Assembly: GCF_009914755.1 (NCBI RefSeq)
Contig: NC_060935.1
DNA: 64,000 nt
Reading direction: 5' to 3' (one strand)
DNA from: the human T2T-CHM13v2.0 reference genome, Homo sapiens
Below, piece after piece: positions 1 through 13,174 of this stretch. The position numbers were made by a program, and so were the translations under genes. The notes under the pieces were generated by a model. That model searched no databases. It had not been told where the DNA came from and saw only the letters and a program-made list of their open reading frames with translations. Every line of letters starts with the position of its first letter. Position 1 is the stretch's first letter.

Positions 1-870
1 ACTTGGAAAGCTGTAAATAGAAGCTCAGATTCCTGTGTGTATGTGTGGGCCTGTGTGTTTCAATATACAGAGGAGCTGTAAAAGAAAACAAAACTGATCA
101 AGTACATTTTATATGCATTATTTCCCTTTTACCCATTAAGTGACCCTAAGAAGTAGGTATCATCTTTTTAGGAAATGAAGGATAAAGAAGGACGTTATAT
201 AACTCATTTACACAATAAAACATTTTTACTCTTACTTGACATTTTATATAGATTGTATATATGTTTTAAAGAAAGCAGTGTTCACTATAACCAACTTTTA
301 TTTCCAGTTTGACTGTTTCATCTTCTAGAACACTATGCATATTGGTTTCTTTAATTATGTAGGTGGGATTTAAGATATTTGCCAATCTCTTAAAATCAAA
401 GTGATTTTTTACAATCTTCGCTCTGTAGGGGAAGAATGAATGACAATATTCATTTTTCCATGACCTAATAAAGAATATCTCAGTTGATTCCATTTTGGGG
501 CAATTATGAATAAAACTGCTATTAACTTTTGTACACAGGATCTTGTGTAGATGTAAGTTTTCACTTCCTCTGGGTAAATATCAAGCAACGTTATTATTGG
601 ATCATTTAGTCAGAAAAAATATGTTCAGTTTTTTAAGAAACTGACGAACTGCCTTCCAATGTGACTGAGCCATTCAGCATTTCTACCAGCAATAAATAAG
701 TATTGTCAGTGTTGAATTTCAGCAATTATAACAAGGGTGTAATGATCTCTCATTGCTGTTTTTATTTGAAATTTTTTAATGATATATGATGTTAAATATA
801 TTTACATATACTTATTTGCCATCTGTATTTTCATTAGTGAAGTGTCTGTTAAGGTCTTCCGCCCCCTCAC

Positions 871-1009
871 TTTTTTTTTTTTTTTTTTTTTTTTTTGACA
901 GTCTCGCTCAGTTGCCGAGGCCAGAATGCAGTGGCTGGATCACAGTTTACTGCAGCCTCAAACTCCCAGGCTCAAGCGATCCTCCCACTTCAGCCTCCTG
1001 CGTTAGCTG
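871..1009 (-). mobile_element. Alu right-arm fragment (AluJ-like, 5'-truncated)
   Basis: Poly-T followed by 'gacagtctcgctc...cactgcagcctcaaactcccaggctcaagcgatcctcccacttcagcctcc'-like sequence, which carries AluJ diagnostics. Confidence 0.85.
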
Positions 1010-2088
1010 TTTGGCCCATTTTTTAATTGGGTTGTTTTCTTAGCGTTGAATTTTAAGAGTACTTTTTATATTCTGAATACCAGTCCTTTATCAGACATGT
1101 GTTTTGCAAAAATTTTATGTGGCTTCCTTGTCCTCTCTTAATTGTGACTCTCACAGACGACGCATCTCTAATTATAATGAAGTTCAACTTAGCAATTTTT
1201 TTTCATGGCTTACATTCTTGATATATCTAAACACTCTCTGTCCAACCAAAGTTCAGTCAGATTTTCTCTTATTTTATCTTCTAGAAGTTTTATCTTTTTG
1301 TGTTTGGCACTTAGATCTGTGTTCTATCTTGAGTAAATTTTTGTAAAAGGTGTAAGATCAGGGTATAGATTCACTTCCTTTGCATGTGAACTTTCATTTG
1401 TTCCAACACCATTTGTTGAGAAGACTATCTTTGCTGTATTGCACTGCTTTTGCTCCTTTGTCAAAGATCAATTGACTATATTTGTGTGAGCTATTTCTAG
1501 GCTATTTTGTTCTATTGATTTATTTGTCCAATCTTACACTGATATCACACTGGCATTATTACTGTAGCTTTACAGTAAGTCTTGAAATCGAATAGTATCA
1601 GTCTTGTGACCTTGTTCTGATTCTTCAATATTGTGTTGACTATCCTGGATCTTTTGCCTTTCACATAAATTTTAAAATCCATTTGTTGATACCCTCAAAG
1701 TAATTTGCTGCATTTTTTTATTTAAACAATATGAATGTATAGATCAAGTTGAGAAAAACTGACATTTTAAGAATATTATTTTCCTATCAATAAATATGAA
1801 CTATCTCTTAATTGAATTAGTTATTTGATTCCTTTAATCAGAGTTATAGTTTTTCTCATATAGATCTTATACATATTTTGTTATATTTTTATCTAAATAT
1901 TTCGATTTTGAGAGTGTTATGGTAAACAGAATGTATTTTTTCCTTTAATTTCAAATTTCAATTGTCCATTGTTGGCATATAGGAAAGTAATTGACTTTTG
2001 TATACCAACCGTATATCCTGCAATCTTGCAATTATTGCTTATTAATTTTAGGAGTATATATGTATGTGTGCGTGTATATACATATATA

Positions 2089-3098
2089 TAGTCATATACT
2101 CAAGAGTTATCTAAAGATGTAGATACATTCTGAGAAACGTGTTAGGTGATTTTGTTTGTTACGTGAACATCATAGTATGTACTTACACAAATTTTGATGG
2201 TATAGCCTACTACACACCTAGGCTATATAGAAATGCTCCGGGATTCAGGAGGATGAGAGAGACCTCAGATTGAAACAGGAGAATCTTTATTGAGCGCAGT
2301 CAGGCCCAGCTGACTTACGTCCAAAAAATTGGGCCCGGAATAAAGACAGCATCTGGCTTTTATACACACTTCACAAAAGTGGGTGGGCTAGCTTGAAGCA
2401 AGCTTACCGTGGCGTGAAAGCGGGGATGCAGAGGCAGGACAAAGGCAGGATTGCATATGACCATTGCCAAGCAACCCAGATGTTCGTTATCTAGGTTTGG
2501 ATATGGGCTTATCCTATAACTTTCACTATGGTGCCCAGGCAGCTGTAGGTCAGGCTTCTCATGACCTTCGTTGTACTTCTTAGATGAAACAGAATATTTG
2601 AAGTCACTAGTTACAGAGAACAAGAATCTATAAACTCATTCCATAAAACAAAGGAAAATTTGTTTTTCTTCTCCCTATGTTGAGGGAGTGCTGGGAGAGT
2701 CTCCAGAGTACATTAGATAATATTATCAAGACTTTTCCTGGGTCTGGGCTGTGCCTCTTGCTGCCTCTGGGACAAGTCAGCCTAATACAAGAAAACTTAT
2801 TTCTCTTTCTTTTTAATTTTATTTTTCTTTAATTTCCTGCCTCATTATGGCCTATGGCTTCTAGGCCACAAACCTGTACAGCTTGTTACCATGCTGAATA
2901 ATGCAGGCAATTATAATACAATGATATGTGTTTGTGTACCTAAACATGACTAAACATAGAGAAGGTACAGTGAAAACATGGCATAAAAGATTAAAAAATG
3001 GAACACCTATTTAGGGCAGCTGCATTATAAACTTATGGGACCACTGTCATATAGGCAGGCCATCATTGACCTAAATGTCATTATGTGACACATGACTG
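2089..3098 (+). mobile_element. Tigger3 (MER7-type) non-autonomous DNA transposon, split by a solo LTR
   Basis: Left part 'gatacattctgagaaacgtgttaggtgat...ggtatagcctactacacacctaggcta'. Right part 'cacaaacctgtacagc...cttatgggaccactgtc...ttatgtgacacatgactg'. Termini tagtcat/catgactg resemble the CAGTCATG TIR. Confidence 0.85.
2234..2844 (-). mobile_element. Solo LTR, ERV-type (family not confidently named)
   Basis: TG...CA termini, about 610 bp. Minus-strand AATAAA ('tttatt' near 2286) and TATA-like 'tataaaa' near 2358. It cleanly interrupts the Tigger3. Confidence 0.8.
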
Positions 3099-3290
3099 TG
3101 TGTGTGTGTATGTGTATATACACATAAATATACACACATATACAAACATATATGTTTATTTATATATAAACATATATATGAATATTTATATATAAACATA
3201 TATATGAATATATATTCCTTTGTATATAAAGGTATATTCACATATATAAACATATTATATATTCATATATAAACATATATATATTCCTTT
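3099..3290. repeat. (TG)n/(TA)n degenerate microsatellite
   Basis: Direct reading: tgtgtgtg...atatatataaacatatatatgaatat units. Confidence 0.9.
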
Positions 3291-4224
3291 GAATATTTTA
3301 TATAGACAAAACAAGACAGTTTTATTTCTTCTTTTCTGTATGTACACCTTTTCTTTTCTTCCCTTATTTTATTGTTTTAGCTAGGATTTCTAGTACAATG
3401 TTGACTAGGAGTGGTGAGAAGACCAATTCCACCTTGCTCCCAACCTTAGGGGAAAATCATCTATTTTCTCACCATTAAGTATCATGGTAGCATGGGCTTT
3501 TTTGTAGACCTTTTTTATAAATTTGAGGAAGTTCCCCTTTATTCCTATTTTACTGAGCATTTCTGTCACAAACATGGGTTGAACCTTGTTAAATGTTTTC
3601 TTCTGCATATACATATAAATGATTTTTCTTCTTGAGTCTGTTGATGTGATATTATTTTTTAAATAATGAAGAAGACTTGCATATCTGGAATAAATCCCAC
3701 CTGGTCACAGAGTATAATGATTTTTAAGCCTTGTTGGATACAATTTACAAATATTTTGAAGATATTTGCATCTACCTTCATGAGAGATATTGGTCTGTAC
3801 TTTTCATTTCTTTTAATGTTTTGCCTTTTTTAGGTATTAGATAACTTTAATGATTTAGAAAGGATTTCCTCTGCTTCTATGCTCTAGAAAATATTGCAGA
3901 AAATTAGTATTATATTTTTTAAATGTTTGGTAAAATTTACCTATGAAGTTATCTGAACCTGGTGCTTTTGTTTTTGAAGGTTATTATATATAGATTCATA
4001 TTATATTTTCATATTTTTAAAACACAGTTTGATATCTCACTTTCTATAATTTTTCCAACATAAAAGCAATTAAACTGAAGTTTCAAAATGTAAACAGAAA
4101 CTGAAATAATCATTATTCATGAAGTTGTAAGGAAAAAATACATCCTTGCTCCTGAAACAGAAATATCCTTTGCAAAAGGCAAATATTATGGACTCATACA
4201 AACACATACACATATCAATCACTA

Positions 4225-4800
4225 CAGACTCTCTGTTTAAAACTTCTCAATGTTTTCTCCTTCCTTATAGGATAAGCACAAGATCCTTACTGTGGTCTAT
4301 GAATTCCTACATGATTTGCTTCCTACTACCTTCTTAAATTGCATTATAGGTAGTCTTTTCCTTAAGTCTTAAGCACCATGCTAGTTATATCTTTCTCTCA
4401 AACCTGCCTAGACCCTTCCACAGGGCTTTTGAAAATACAAGTCTACAGGATGTTTGCACATGGAATGTATTCCCCCTATTCCTCTGTCTAGTATCCATTT
4501 CTTTCTTTGCTATTCTTTATTTTTCTTTGGTAAACTTTGTTATGCCATGTTCAGGCTCCATCATTAAATACTCCTATTAAACTGATTACTTTTCCTTCAC
4601 AGAATTTTTAACACCTGTACATACATATTTCTGCAATTATTAGATAGTATTTGTTTAATTTATAAAAGAGTAAGACCAAGGAGAATAAGAATAATATTTT
4701 TCTTTATTGCTTATTATCTATATCCAGGATATTGTGTAGTGTCCAGCATATACTATCCACTTAAGAGCTGTTAAGTAAACAAACAAATGAATAAACAAGG
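4225..4800 (+). mobile_element. L2 3' fragment
   Basis: 'ctgtttaaaacttctcaatg...gataagcacaagatccttactgtggtc' and an L2-like tail 'ccagcatatactatccacttaagagctgttaagtaaacaaacaaatgaataaa'. Confidence 0.6.
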
Positions 4801-4878
4801 AGATATTCTATTAGGACATTCAGGTAGATCTGATGATAATCTAAATTAGTAATAACTATCATATGTGTATCATAATAA

Positions 4879-5889
4879 TGACAGAGACAGGAGGCAGAGA
4901 AACTCTAGGCAGACAGAAGCGGGTTCCTGGTGAAGCCCCACCTTCAAGCCAAAAAGCCTGAAACCTGTGGCTGAAAGTGAGAACTTCCATCCCTGTGTGC
5001 CCACCCTCTCCTGATAGGTTCTTTCTAAATAATATCTTTTTACCCATCCAATGTTGCATTTTCCAAAACTACCTTCAGCCCACCATGCCCATAACCTCTA
5101 CCTATAAAGACCCCGGACATAGCTGGCAGAGAGGAGAAGCTGCTGAACATTGGGAAGAAGGGCTGGATGTCAGGAAGAGGTGACTTTGACTTCAGAGACA
5201 GCAGCTGGATGAAACAACTTGACTTCAGAAGAGAGAGAGAGAGGCAGCTTGACTTCCAGGGAGAGCGACCTGCACTTCCTATCTTCTTTCCAGCTCCCCT
5301 CTCCACTGAGAGCCTCTTTCATCAAGCAGTAAAATTCTCCACATTCACCATCTTTCAATTCATCCATGTGACCTCATTGCTCTTGGGCAATGGACAAGAA
5401 TTCAAGAGGCACCAAGTACAGGTACCCTGAAAGGCTGTCACATTGGCCCTTTGCCCTGCTGGGAGAGGTCAACCACCCCACGTGATGACGCAAAGGGCCC
5501 ACTAAGCTGATAATACACTACTATCTGTGGATGGTGGGGCTAATAGAGTATTGTAAAACGCCCTCTTGGGCCTTGGGGTCGCAAGCACCACAATGGGATG
5601 CCGCGGCGGGGACTGCATGGACATTGCTCCTGCCAGTGTTGAAGTAGCTGGCCAGTTCGTGCACTTGTTCCACTTGCATGGTCCCTCCTACATGGGGTGG
5701 AGCCCTGCAGATCTGAGTGAAGGGGAGTTTGCTCCTGCCAGGCCACCTGCCAGTTCTTGCACTTGCTCGCTCCCTTCCCCTCCCTCACTGGTGTGCTCCC
5801 TCCCCCGAGGGGTTGAGCAGGGTGGGCTGAGCGAACAGGGCACCCCTGTCACGAGTCACTTGAAGAGGTCAAGAAAATATCCTACATCA
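4879..5889 (+). mobile_element. Solo ERV1 LTR, LTR1/LTR27/LTR28 group (size fits LTR28)
   Basis: TG...CA termini, 1011 bp, perfect 4-bp TSD ATAA (4875-4878 and 5890-5893). Start 'tgacagagacaggaggcagagaaactctaggcag...ccccaccttcaagccaaaaagcctg'. TATAAA at 5103; AGTAAA poly(A)-signal variant near 5328. Confidence 0.85.
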
Positions 5890-6722
5890 ATAATATCACC
5901 TTCTTAATACCATAATTTGCATAAAACAGTGAAGCTTTTAAACTCCATACTTTCTTTTTCTATAGAAAATGTAACACCTAAATATGTTGAGAAGTAGGGC
6001 TTGTTAATAAAGCAAACAATTGTGTTTTGTTTTGTCTGAGGATACATCTAACCTCAGTTATTATTACCCTTTTAAAAATTTCCCATTGCTTCCTATGACG
6101 GTCTCAATTCTTTTGAGTGAATATTTTGAAACACTTGCAAGAAGAACAGAGCGAGAAAAATGCAGGTGTACCTCAAAGGGGTAAGAAATCAAAACTCCTT
6201 TTTGTTAAATGCCAATGAAATGAAATAAAACTTATGAGACATGCATTGGTAGAAAAGTATATTGTTATAGACACAAAGAATCCAATACTACCTCATTCAA
6301 TATTAAGTTGTAGTGTTTCTCCCATTATGTCAAGGTTTAAGCATACACCACAGTGTATTAAACGTGATCCATAGGTATTTTTGGCAGAAGCCGGAATGAA
6401 ACAGACAGTAAAAGCATTTTCAGAATTGCAATAATGTTTGTTAAGCATTCTCAGATCTATCATAAGGTATTTTTCTTTTCTAAATCAGTGCAGTTGGCTG
6501 AATCAGTAAATTTAAAATGAGAAATAGATACTGGTTTACTATAGTTGCTCTCATCAACCTGATCTGTTCACTATGGGTGTAATATTAGTAGACTAGTTCA
6601 ATAAGAAATATAACGGGGATGTGAATTTCTTAACGTTTATGCAAAAAATAGACAAACAAAAAAACTGTGAAAAGATAGGTGTGTCCTTATGTCATATGTG
6701 AAAAGACTGCATAACTTTCTAA

Positions 6723-7062
<340 letters not shown>

Positions 7063-8227
7063 CCAGTTTTATCAGTCTTATGCTACCTGCATTATTTTAA
7101 TGTAAAGGCTTTAGAAATCTTAGTGCCATACTGAGTGAATATTTTGAATAAACAGTCTTCTGTTTGTTGAAGAGGAAACTTTAACAAAAGCTAAATCAGA
7201 CTGGATCTACAAAGTTACCTGGAGAATCTAACAAGCTGAAACACACACACACACAGACAAACACATTGCACAGCTACAAGATACAACCTGCTAAATGATG
7301 TACAGCGCTGATACGGTCGTTTTTACTTCTTAGTATACCTTATTTGCTAAAATCACTAATTACTCATGTTGTAAATCCAATAATTCACAGAAAGTCTTTT
7401 CACATTAAATAATGCTATTGGAAAGTTACAGTTCATTGGCTCTAAGGTGGAGCTGGTGGTGGTCCATCAAGTTTAAATGAGTCTTTCAAACTCTCACGAC
7501 TAGTTAGGAACAGTCCTTTTACTGAAAATCAGTTCCTTTATCTCCCAAAAAATAATATTTAATTTATGATATAACACTATCTCCCTAGATTTATGAGACA
7601 TAATAAAGTTATTTGAAATCTTTCTCCTCCCGATGACAGTTTCACACTTTTGTTTTGAATCCTCATAATTTACTCAAATATTGTGGAGATAAAAATTCAA
7701 TTTATGAGTAAAACTGTATGTACTTGCAATAAAAATTCCAAAATGTAGGGATGTCTACATTCCTTAGCAAAAAGGTATTGATGAAATAATTCCATTCTAA
7801 AGAGTCAGAGATAAAGTAATATAAATAGCCAATTTTATTGTTTCAAGTGTACAGAAGCTACTGTAGACAGTAGGTTGAAAACTAAAGTTTGAAAATTATT
7901 TTCTTTCAGTAACCACTTTTATAGAATTAGATTTCTAACTTCATGGGGCTATGTTAAAACTACATGAGAATAAAAGTTTTATAAATGCTTCCTTTGCAGA
8001 ACAACGTATCTCCAAATCAATAAAGACTATGCGCAATCCCTGATGATTGTGGTTTTCCCACTTAACTTTTTTGTTTATTTTAGCTCTATCATCTCTTCTT
8101 GTTTATAAATTAAAAAAAATTTAAACAAAGTTCATAAAATGTTCTGTAGTTGTTTACGTTTTTCTATATCATGTTTCTCCCATTTGGTTTCTACAATTTT
8201 CCAAAATGCATAGAGACAGAGGAACCT

Positions 8228-8475
8228 GTGGCAGCATAGCATGATGGGAAGACCATGGCTTTGACATTGGATGGCCTGAGTTTAAACTCTGCTTTCATCA
8301 CTTCACAGATGATCATTTGAAGCCAGTCATGAAATAGCTCCATTATGTTACTTTATATTAAAAAAAAAAAGAGTGAGGTTGCCTAGTCATATATGGTGAG
8401 GATGATATGAATAGATATTTATTTATGGCACTTGACAGAGTGCTTTGCCCATAAAAGTATTCAGTAAATTATCTA
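8228..8475 (+). mobile_element. MIR SINE
   Basis: 'gcagcatagcatgatgg...ggctttgacattggatggcctgagtttaaactctgc...cttgacagagtgctttgcccataaaagtattcagtaaa'. Confidence 0.7.
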
Positions 8476-8699
8476 TGGTCAGCACAAATTAGAGAAAGTT
8501 CTCCCACCTTCCATTTCCAAATTTACTAAGTCACATAATATATCTTCTGAAAAAGGCCAGGATGCAGTAATACTGATGATTATGACAGTAATGACAACCA
8601 CAACAAGGAGAATAAAAAGAAGGAAGAAAAGGAGTAAGATGGGGAAGAAAATATGGGTAAGGGAGGGAAGAGTTGAGATTTTTTTTTAACAGCTGACTC

Positions 8700-9370
8700 T
8701 CACAGAGTTAAGAATAATTACATTATCTCTTTTACATGCATTGCCATTTTACAAATAAGGACATAACAAGCTTAGAGAGTGTGGTGGTTTTAAAGTATGC
8801 CTCAAAATTTAGTGATACCCTTTCCTTCCACAGGTGAAATTTAATTTTCTTTCCCTTTAATTTGAGATGGACTTAGTGACTATTTTGTAATAAACAGAAT
8901 ATGGTGGAAGAGGTGTCATGCCACTTCCAAGACCAGGTTATAACAGAAATAGTGGCTACTTCCTTGCTCTCTTTAGGATCACTCACTGTGGGGAAGCCAA
9001 CAGCCATATCATGAGGACACACAAGCAACCTTACGGACAGAAACATATGGCAAAGAATGGAGACCTCTGGCCAACAGAGACTGAGACTTCCTGCCATCTT
9101 GACTGCATTTTGTATGAATCCTTATGAGAGACTTGAGTGAAAACCTCCTTGCTAAGCCACTCTCAAATTTATGACAGACAGAAAAGGTAATAAGTATTTT
9201 AATCCATCAAATTTTTTGTTGTTGTTTCTGTGGATTGTTTTTTTTTCTGTATTTGTCATTCAGCAATAGATAACTAATACAGAGTTTATAAAATTTGCCT
9301 GTTACTGAGCTACTGAGTTGTCAAAGAACGATTGTAAACCAGATACATTTGAAACCAAAAGTCAGTAACT
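8700..9370 (-). mobile_element. MIR fragment split by an MLT1 LTR
   Basis: MIR core 'ccattttacaaataaggacataacaagcttagagag' resumes after the LTR as 'gagtttataaaatttgcctgttactgagcta'. Confidence 0.55.
8780..9281 (+). mobile_element. MaLR solo LTR (MLT1F-like)
   Basis: Starts 'tgtggtgg', contains 'ggacttagtgact...aacagaatatggtggaag' and 'ggggaagccaacagccat', ends 'cagcaatagataactaataca'. Confidence 0.8.
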
Positions 9371-9922
9371 TTTCCAACACAATAGGAAGGCCTCTTGCGA
9401 AAAGTTTTGGTGAAAGGAAACTCCCTAGAGCTAGCCATCTCTGAGGGAGGCCACCCTGCACATTGCTTTGAAAGATGGCATTCAAAATTTCAAAAGTTGG
9501 GTTACGGGACCCCCCCAATTAAAAATCTGAATGTAGGTTATTTTTCATCCTCACCAACAAGAAAATAATTAAAAAGAAACTTCAATATATTTCCCCATTG
9601 TTTTTGTCATTTATTCCCAATCTTTTATATTATTATTATTGTTTGTTTTATTGTTATTTTGATTTACTTATTTTTTCCTGAGTAAAAAATATCTACACAC
9701 TTCCTGTCTCCATGGGCCCCAGCCCATATAACTCTGTTATAAAGTATCTTTTTGCTCTCCCAGGCATACTTAATATATCTTCTCAATACATCTTCTGTTT
9801 TTCCATCATAGCTTGTTCATGATGTTGAGGTAGCCTATTGTCACCCTGTGTTGCAATTATTTCTGTTTCTGTCGGCTTCCTTCTTAAGAATTTGACATAC
9901 TCATTCTTAGCTTCTTGTGATG

Positions 9923-9985
9923 TCTAGCCTGTAGCCTGACACAGAGCATTTTTTAAGATGAATAAACTCCCCTCCCAACTTGGCT
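9923..9985 (+). repeat. 63-bp dispersed direct repeat, copy 1 (overlaps an L2-like 3' end)
   Basis: tctagcctgtagcctgacacagagcattttttaagatgaataaactcccctcccaacttggct matches 11703-11766. Confidence 0.9.
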
Positions 9986-11702
9986 CACTGCATTATTTTG
10001 CCAACTGGCTTTCACACATTAAAGAAAACCCACTGTAAACACTGGCAATGATCCAGGCTTAAATTAACCTAAGGCCAAAGTAATAGATATTTTTCACAAG
10101 GCCAAAAGAAAAAAAATGATCTGTTAGAACATCATCTTTCTTAGTGTGTCATAAGATGGGTTAAATTATGTTAGTGTTTAAATAGGTAATATCACCCAGA
10201 TCTAGAGAGTATCTGTGTGCAGGTGTGTGCGTGTGTGTGTGCGTGTGTCACAAAAGCTTCTTATGTGTTTTGAAATGGCAGGAGGCAATAAACAGGTCTC
10301 TGTAAGACAAATCATACAAACTACTGCAAATCTGGAAGAATGCATCTAGATTCAGCTGCAAGAATGAATGTTAGAGAAAATGGTTAGCAATTACAGTGCA
10401 AGGTTGTATTTGACCAACCTTTGAGCCAAATTGCCTCTGTACTTAGGAATAAAAGGGCCATGGCAAACAGAAAATACCTGGTTACAAGACTGAAATACAG
10501 TTGTGTAACCAGAACAAAAACATATTTATGCATCAAAGTTACTTGCATATATTATAGAAACTACCTCTGAAATGCAGAAAATATTGTTACCTTTACTAAT
10601 AGTAATTTGGGTCCCCATTTGACTGCTGACTCAACTCAAACTCAACCCTTTCTTCCCAGTCATCTTCATCTAGATATGGTCACTGGGACACCATGCTTGG
10701 AGGTGCAGCAGCAAAAGAGAAAATATGAAATCCACACAGGAGGAAGAAAAAGACAGAAAGATCCTGGATCACTATCCAGATTTTTGAGCCATGGCTCCAA
10801 ACTGCCTATTTTTAGACTTCTTGTGATGTAGACCAAAAAAAAAAAAAAAAACAAAAAACCCTATTGTCCAAGGGTGCAGGGTCAAAGTTCTCTAAACCAG
10901 GGAGGTTCTGATTAATAACTGATTTTAGATAAGAACTTAGAAAACCATCACATGCACTCTGGGTTCTATGAAACTTTGCTGGATTCTATGAGACTTTGCT
11001 TTACTCTAGTTCCAAAGCACTTTTTTTTTTTGAGGTAAAAATGTACTTTCATCTCAGTAAGGGAATTCAGCAACCATGCAGAATGGAAAAGGTGGGTCAG
11101 ATGGTTGCCTTTCATAAAGCAATATCACCTCCAAGGCTTCCAAATGTTTGCTTTATAAACTACCCTCAGCCTGTCACTTACAATTTCCATTTTCATTATA
11201 AATCAGCAGCAAAATGTGCCGACTGTCTGTGTTGCAATAAAACACAGCTGTTTCCATTTGCTCTCCTATCAGTTTCATTCTCACATCATTCTGCATTGGA
11301 ATTGAATTGAATCATTCATCCCTAGTACAAGAAATGTTCTGCAGTTTAGTAGCAGGCAAATCTTACTCTTTAATTTCACTTTCTTTTGGGTTTCCCAATA
11401 GCCTAGAATTGGGACTTCAGTTTTCCACTCTGGCATTTGTAATATGGAATGTGTTAGTCTTTAGTACAAATAAAACAAACATCTGACTGCATCTTACTCT
11501 CACATGAAATTAAAAGAAGTTTTGCTAAGCCCTGTGTTTCAAAATGTAGTAAGGTTCTTCAATTCCAGGTAACTGCATAAAGGAATATGAGTTTCTAAGA
11601 CAGGAAAAAATGTGGTTTGTATGTGTATTGTAAGAGGTAAGGAATAAAAGATTAAATGTGAATTATGATTATGTTACTTCCAATCGAAGAAAGCTTGCAA
11701 TT

Positions 11703-11766
11703 TCTAGCCCGTAGCCTGACACAGAGCATTTTCTTAGATGAATAAACTCTCCCTCCCAACTTGGCT
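11703..11766 (+). repeat. 64-bp dispersed direct repeat, copy 2
   Basis: 3 substitutions and 1 inserted base relative to 9923-9985. Confidence 0.9.
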
Positions 11767-12266
11767 TAAAACATTGTTTTGGATATTATTTAATAACCAT
11801 TTTGTTCATAGTGTTGTAGATTTTTCAGATATTGACAACATAGTATCTCAGATTTTTAAAATATATTCAGGTAGACAATTATTATCAACACCTACTTATA
11901 CATAATGAAAGTGTGAATTAGAAAGATTATTAATATTAGCTCAACATCATATAATCCAGTGTCTGGAACATCAAAAATGCTTTTTTGAATGAATGAATAA
12001 AGATATCAATTAATTAGTTTTGGAGCTGGAATTCTAATTCATGCCAGTGCTGCTTTTCCACAGTACAGTTTCTTACCCATGTTTGCATCACTAGTTTTTG
12101 GAGTTAGGCTCTGCTTGATACAAAGCTGGTTATACTCTCATTTATGTCCTGTGTTATTTCTTTGCCTGCGATTTGTTCTCACGCTGAAAATGTGAAGTAT
12201 TCCAGCATTCTCAGGTAAATTCCGACCCACAGGCATGGGGCCTGTCGCTTATTGTTCATGGATACC

Positions 12267-12501
12267 TTTTTTGTTTTGTTTTGAGACAGTCTCGCTCTGT
12301 CTCCCAGGCTGAAGTCCAGTGGCATTGCATCCATCACCTCCTGGGTTCAAGAGAGCATATCTGGCTAATTTTTGTATTTTTAGTAGAGAAAGCGTTTCAC
12401 CACGTTGGCCAGCTTGGTCTCAAACTCCTGACCTCAAGTGATATGCCCGCCTCGGCCTCCCAAAGTGCTGGGATTACAGGTGTGAGCCACCACACCGGAC
12501 C
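12267..12501 (-). mobile_element. AluS with internal right-arm deletions
   Basis: Intact left arm, shortened right arm, TSD tgttcatggat(a/g)c. Confidence 0.9.
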
Positions 12502-13174
12502 CTGTTCATGGATGCTTTTAATGTTATATTTGCCATGAGGATATTAAAGGATATAGTAGTCTCTCAAAGTTTGGCAGATAGTTAAGGGTTAAGGATATGT
12601 GGCATGAGCCAGGCATCAAGTCCACTTCCAGAGACCTAAAATTGTGTGACAGCTCTGAGCACAGTCAGCTTCCCCTGGATTACAAACTGAATAGATGGCT
12701 GGAGAGGACTTTGTTTTACTGCTTCTTGAAGTTAGTGCTTTTTACAGAAAATTTTATCATTCTAACTCAGCCCCAAATATTCTTTCTCAGAGATTTATTT
12801 TTTTCTGTTCTCTCCACTTTTTTCTCCCTGTTCTGTCTTTGTTTCTTATCCACACTGTTCCTCATTATGAAGATCAATTGCACTCCCCTCATTTTTTGTC
12901 AAAATAATACTTAAAAACACATCAACAAGAAGCCAATTGCTCATCAAAACCAGGGTAAAATAATAATCAACAGAAAGTTCTGAAACTCTTTTTGAGAATA
13001 AAAAACACAAAGCATTCCTTAACTTGGAAAGAAGAATAGTATTTTTGGTCTTTCTCAGAGAAAATCAAAATTTTTACTTTTCTACCAATAACTGGGCCTC
13101 TAATATAGCAAATTAAAATAAAAAGATTTTTTTAAAAAATTTTAACATTTTTATTTTACTATCCAGGATTATAA

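Larger units (their letters stand above)
480..3985 (-). mobile_element. Old L1M (L1MB/L1MC-type) 3' ORF2/3'UTR fragment, interrupted by an Alu, a Tigger3 and an LTR
   Basis: Degenerate antisense L1 motifs: 'ttttggggcaattatgaataaaactgct', 'tcctttatcagacatg', 'ccaacaccatttgttgagaagactatc', 'ggaataaatcccacctggtca'. The minus-strand ORF 3405-3614 resembles L1 RT. Boundaries are approximate. Confidence 0.8.

Noticed and set aside
7284-7320. ATGATG...CTGA resembling C/D-box snoRNA motifs
   Set aside because: The boxes are only about 7 nt apart and there is no terminal stem, so it is too short for a snoRNA
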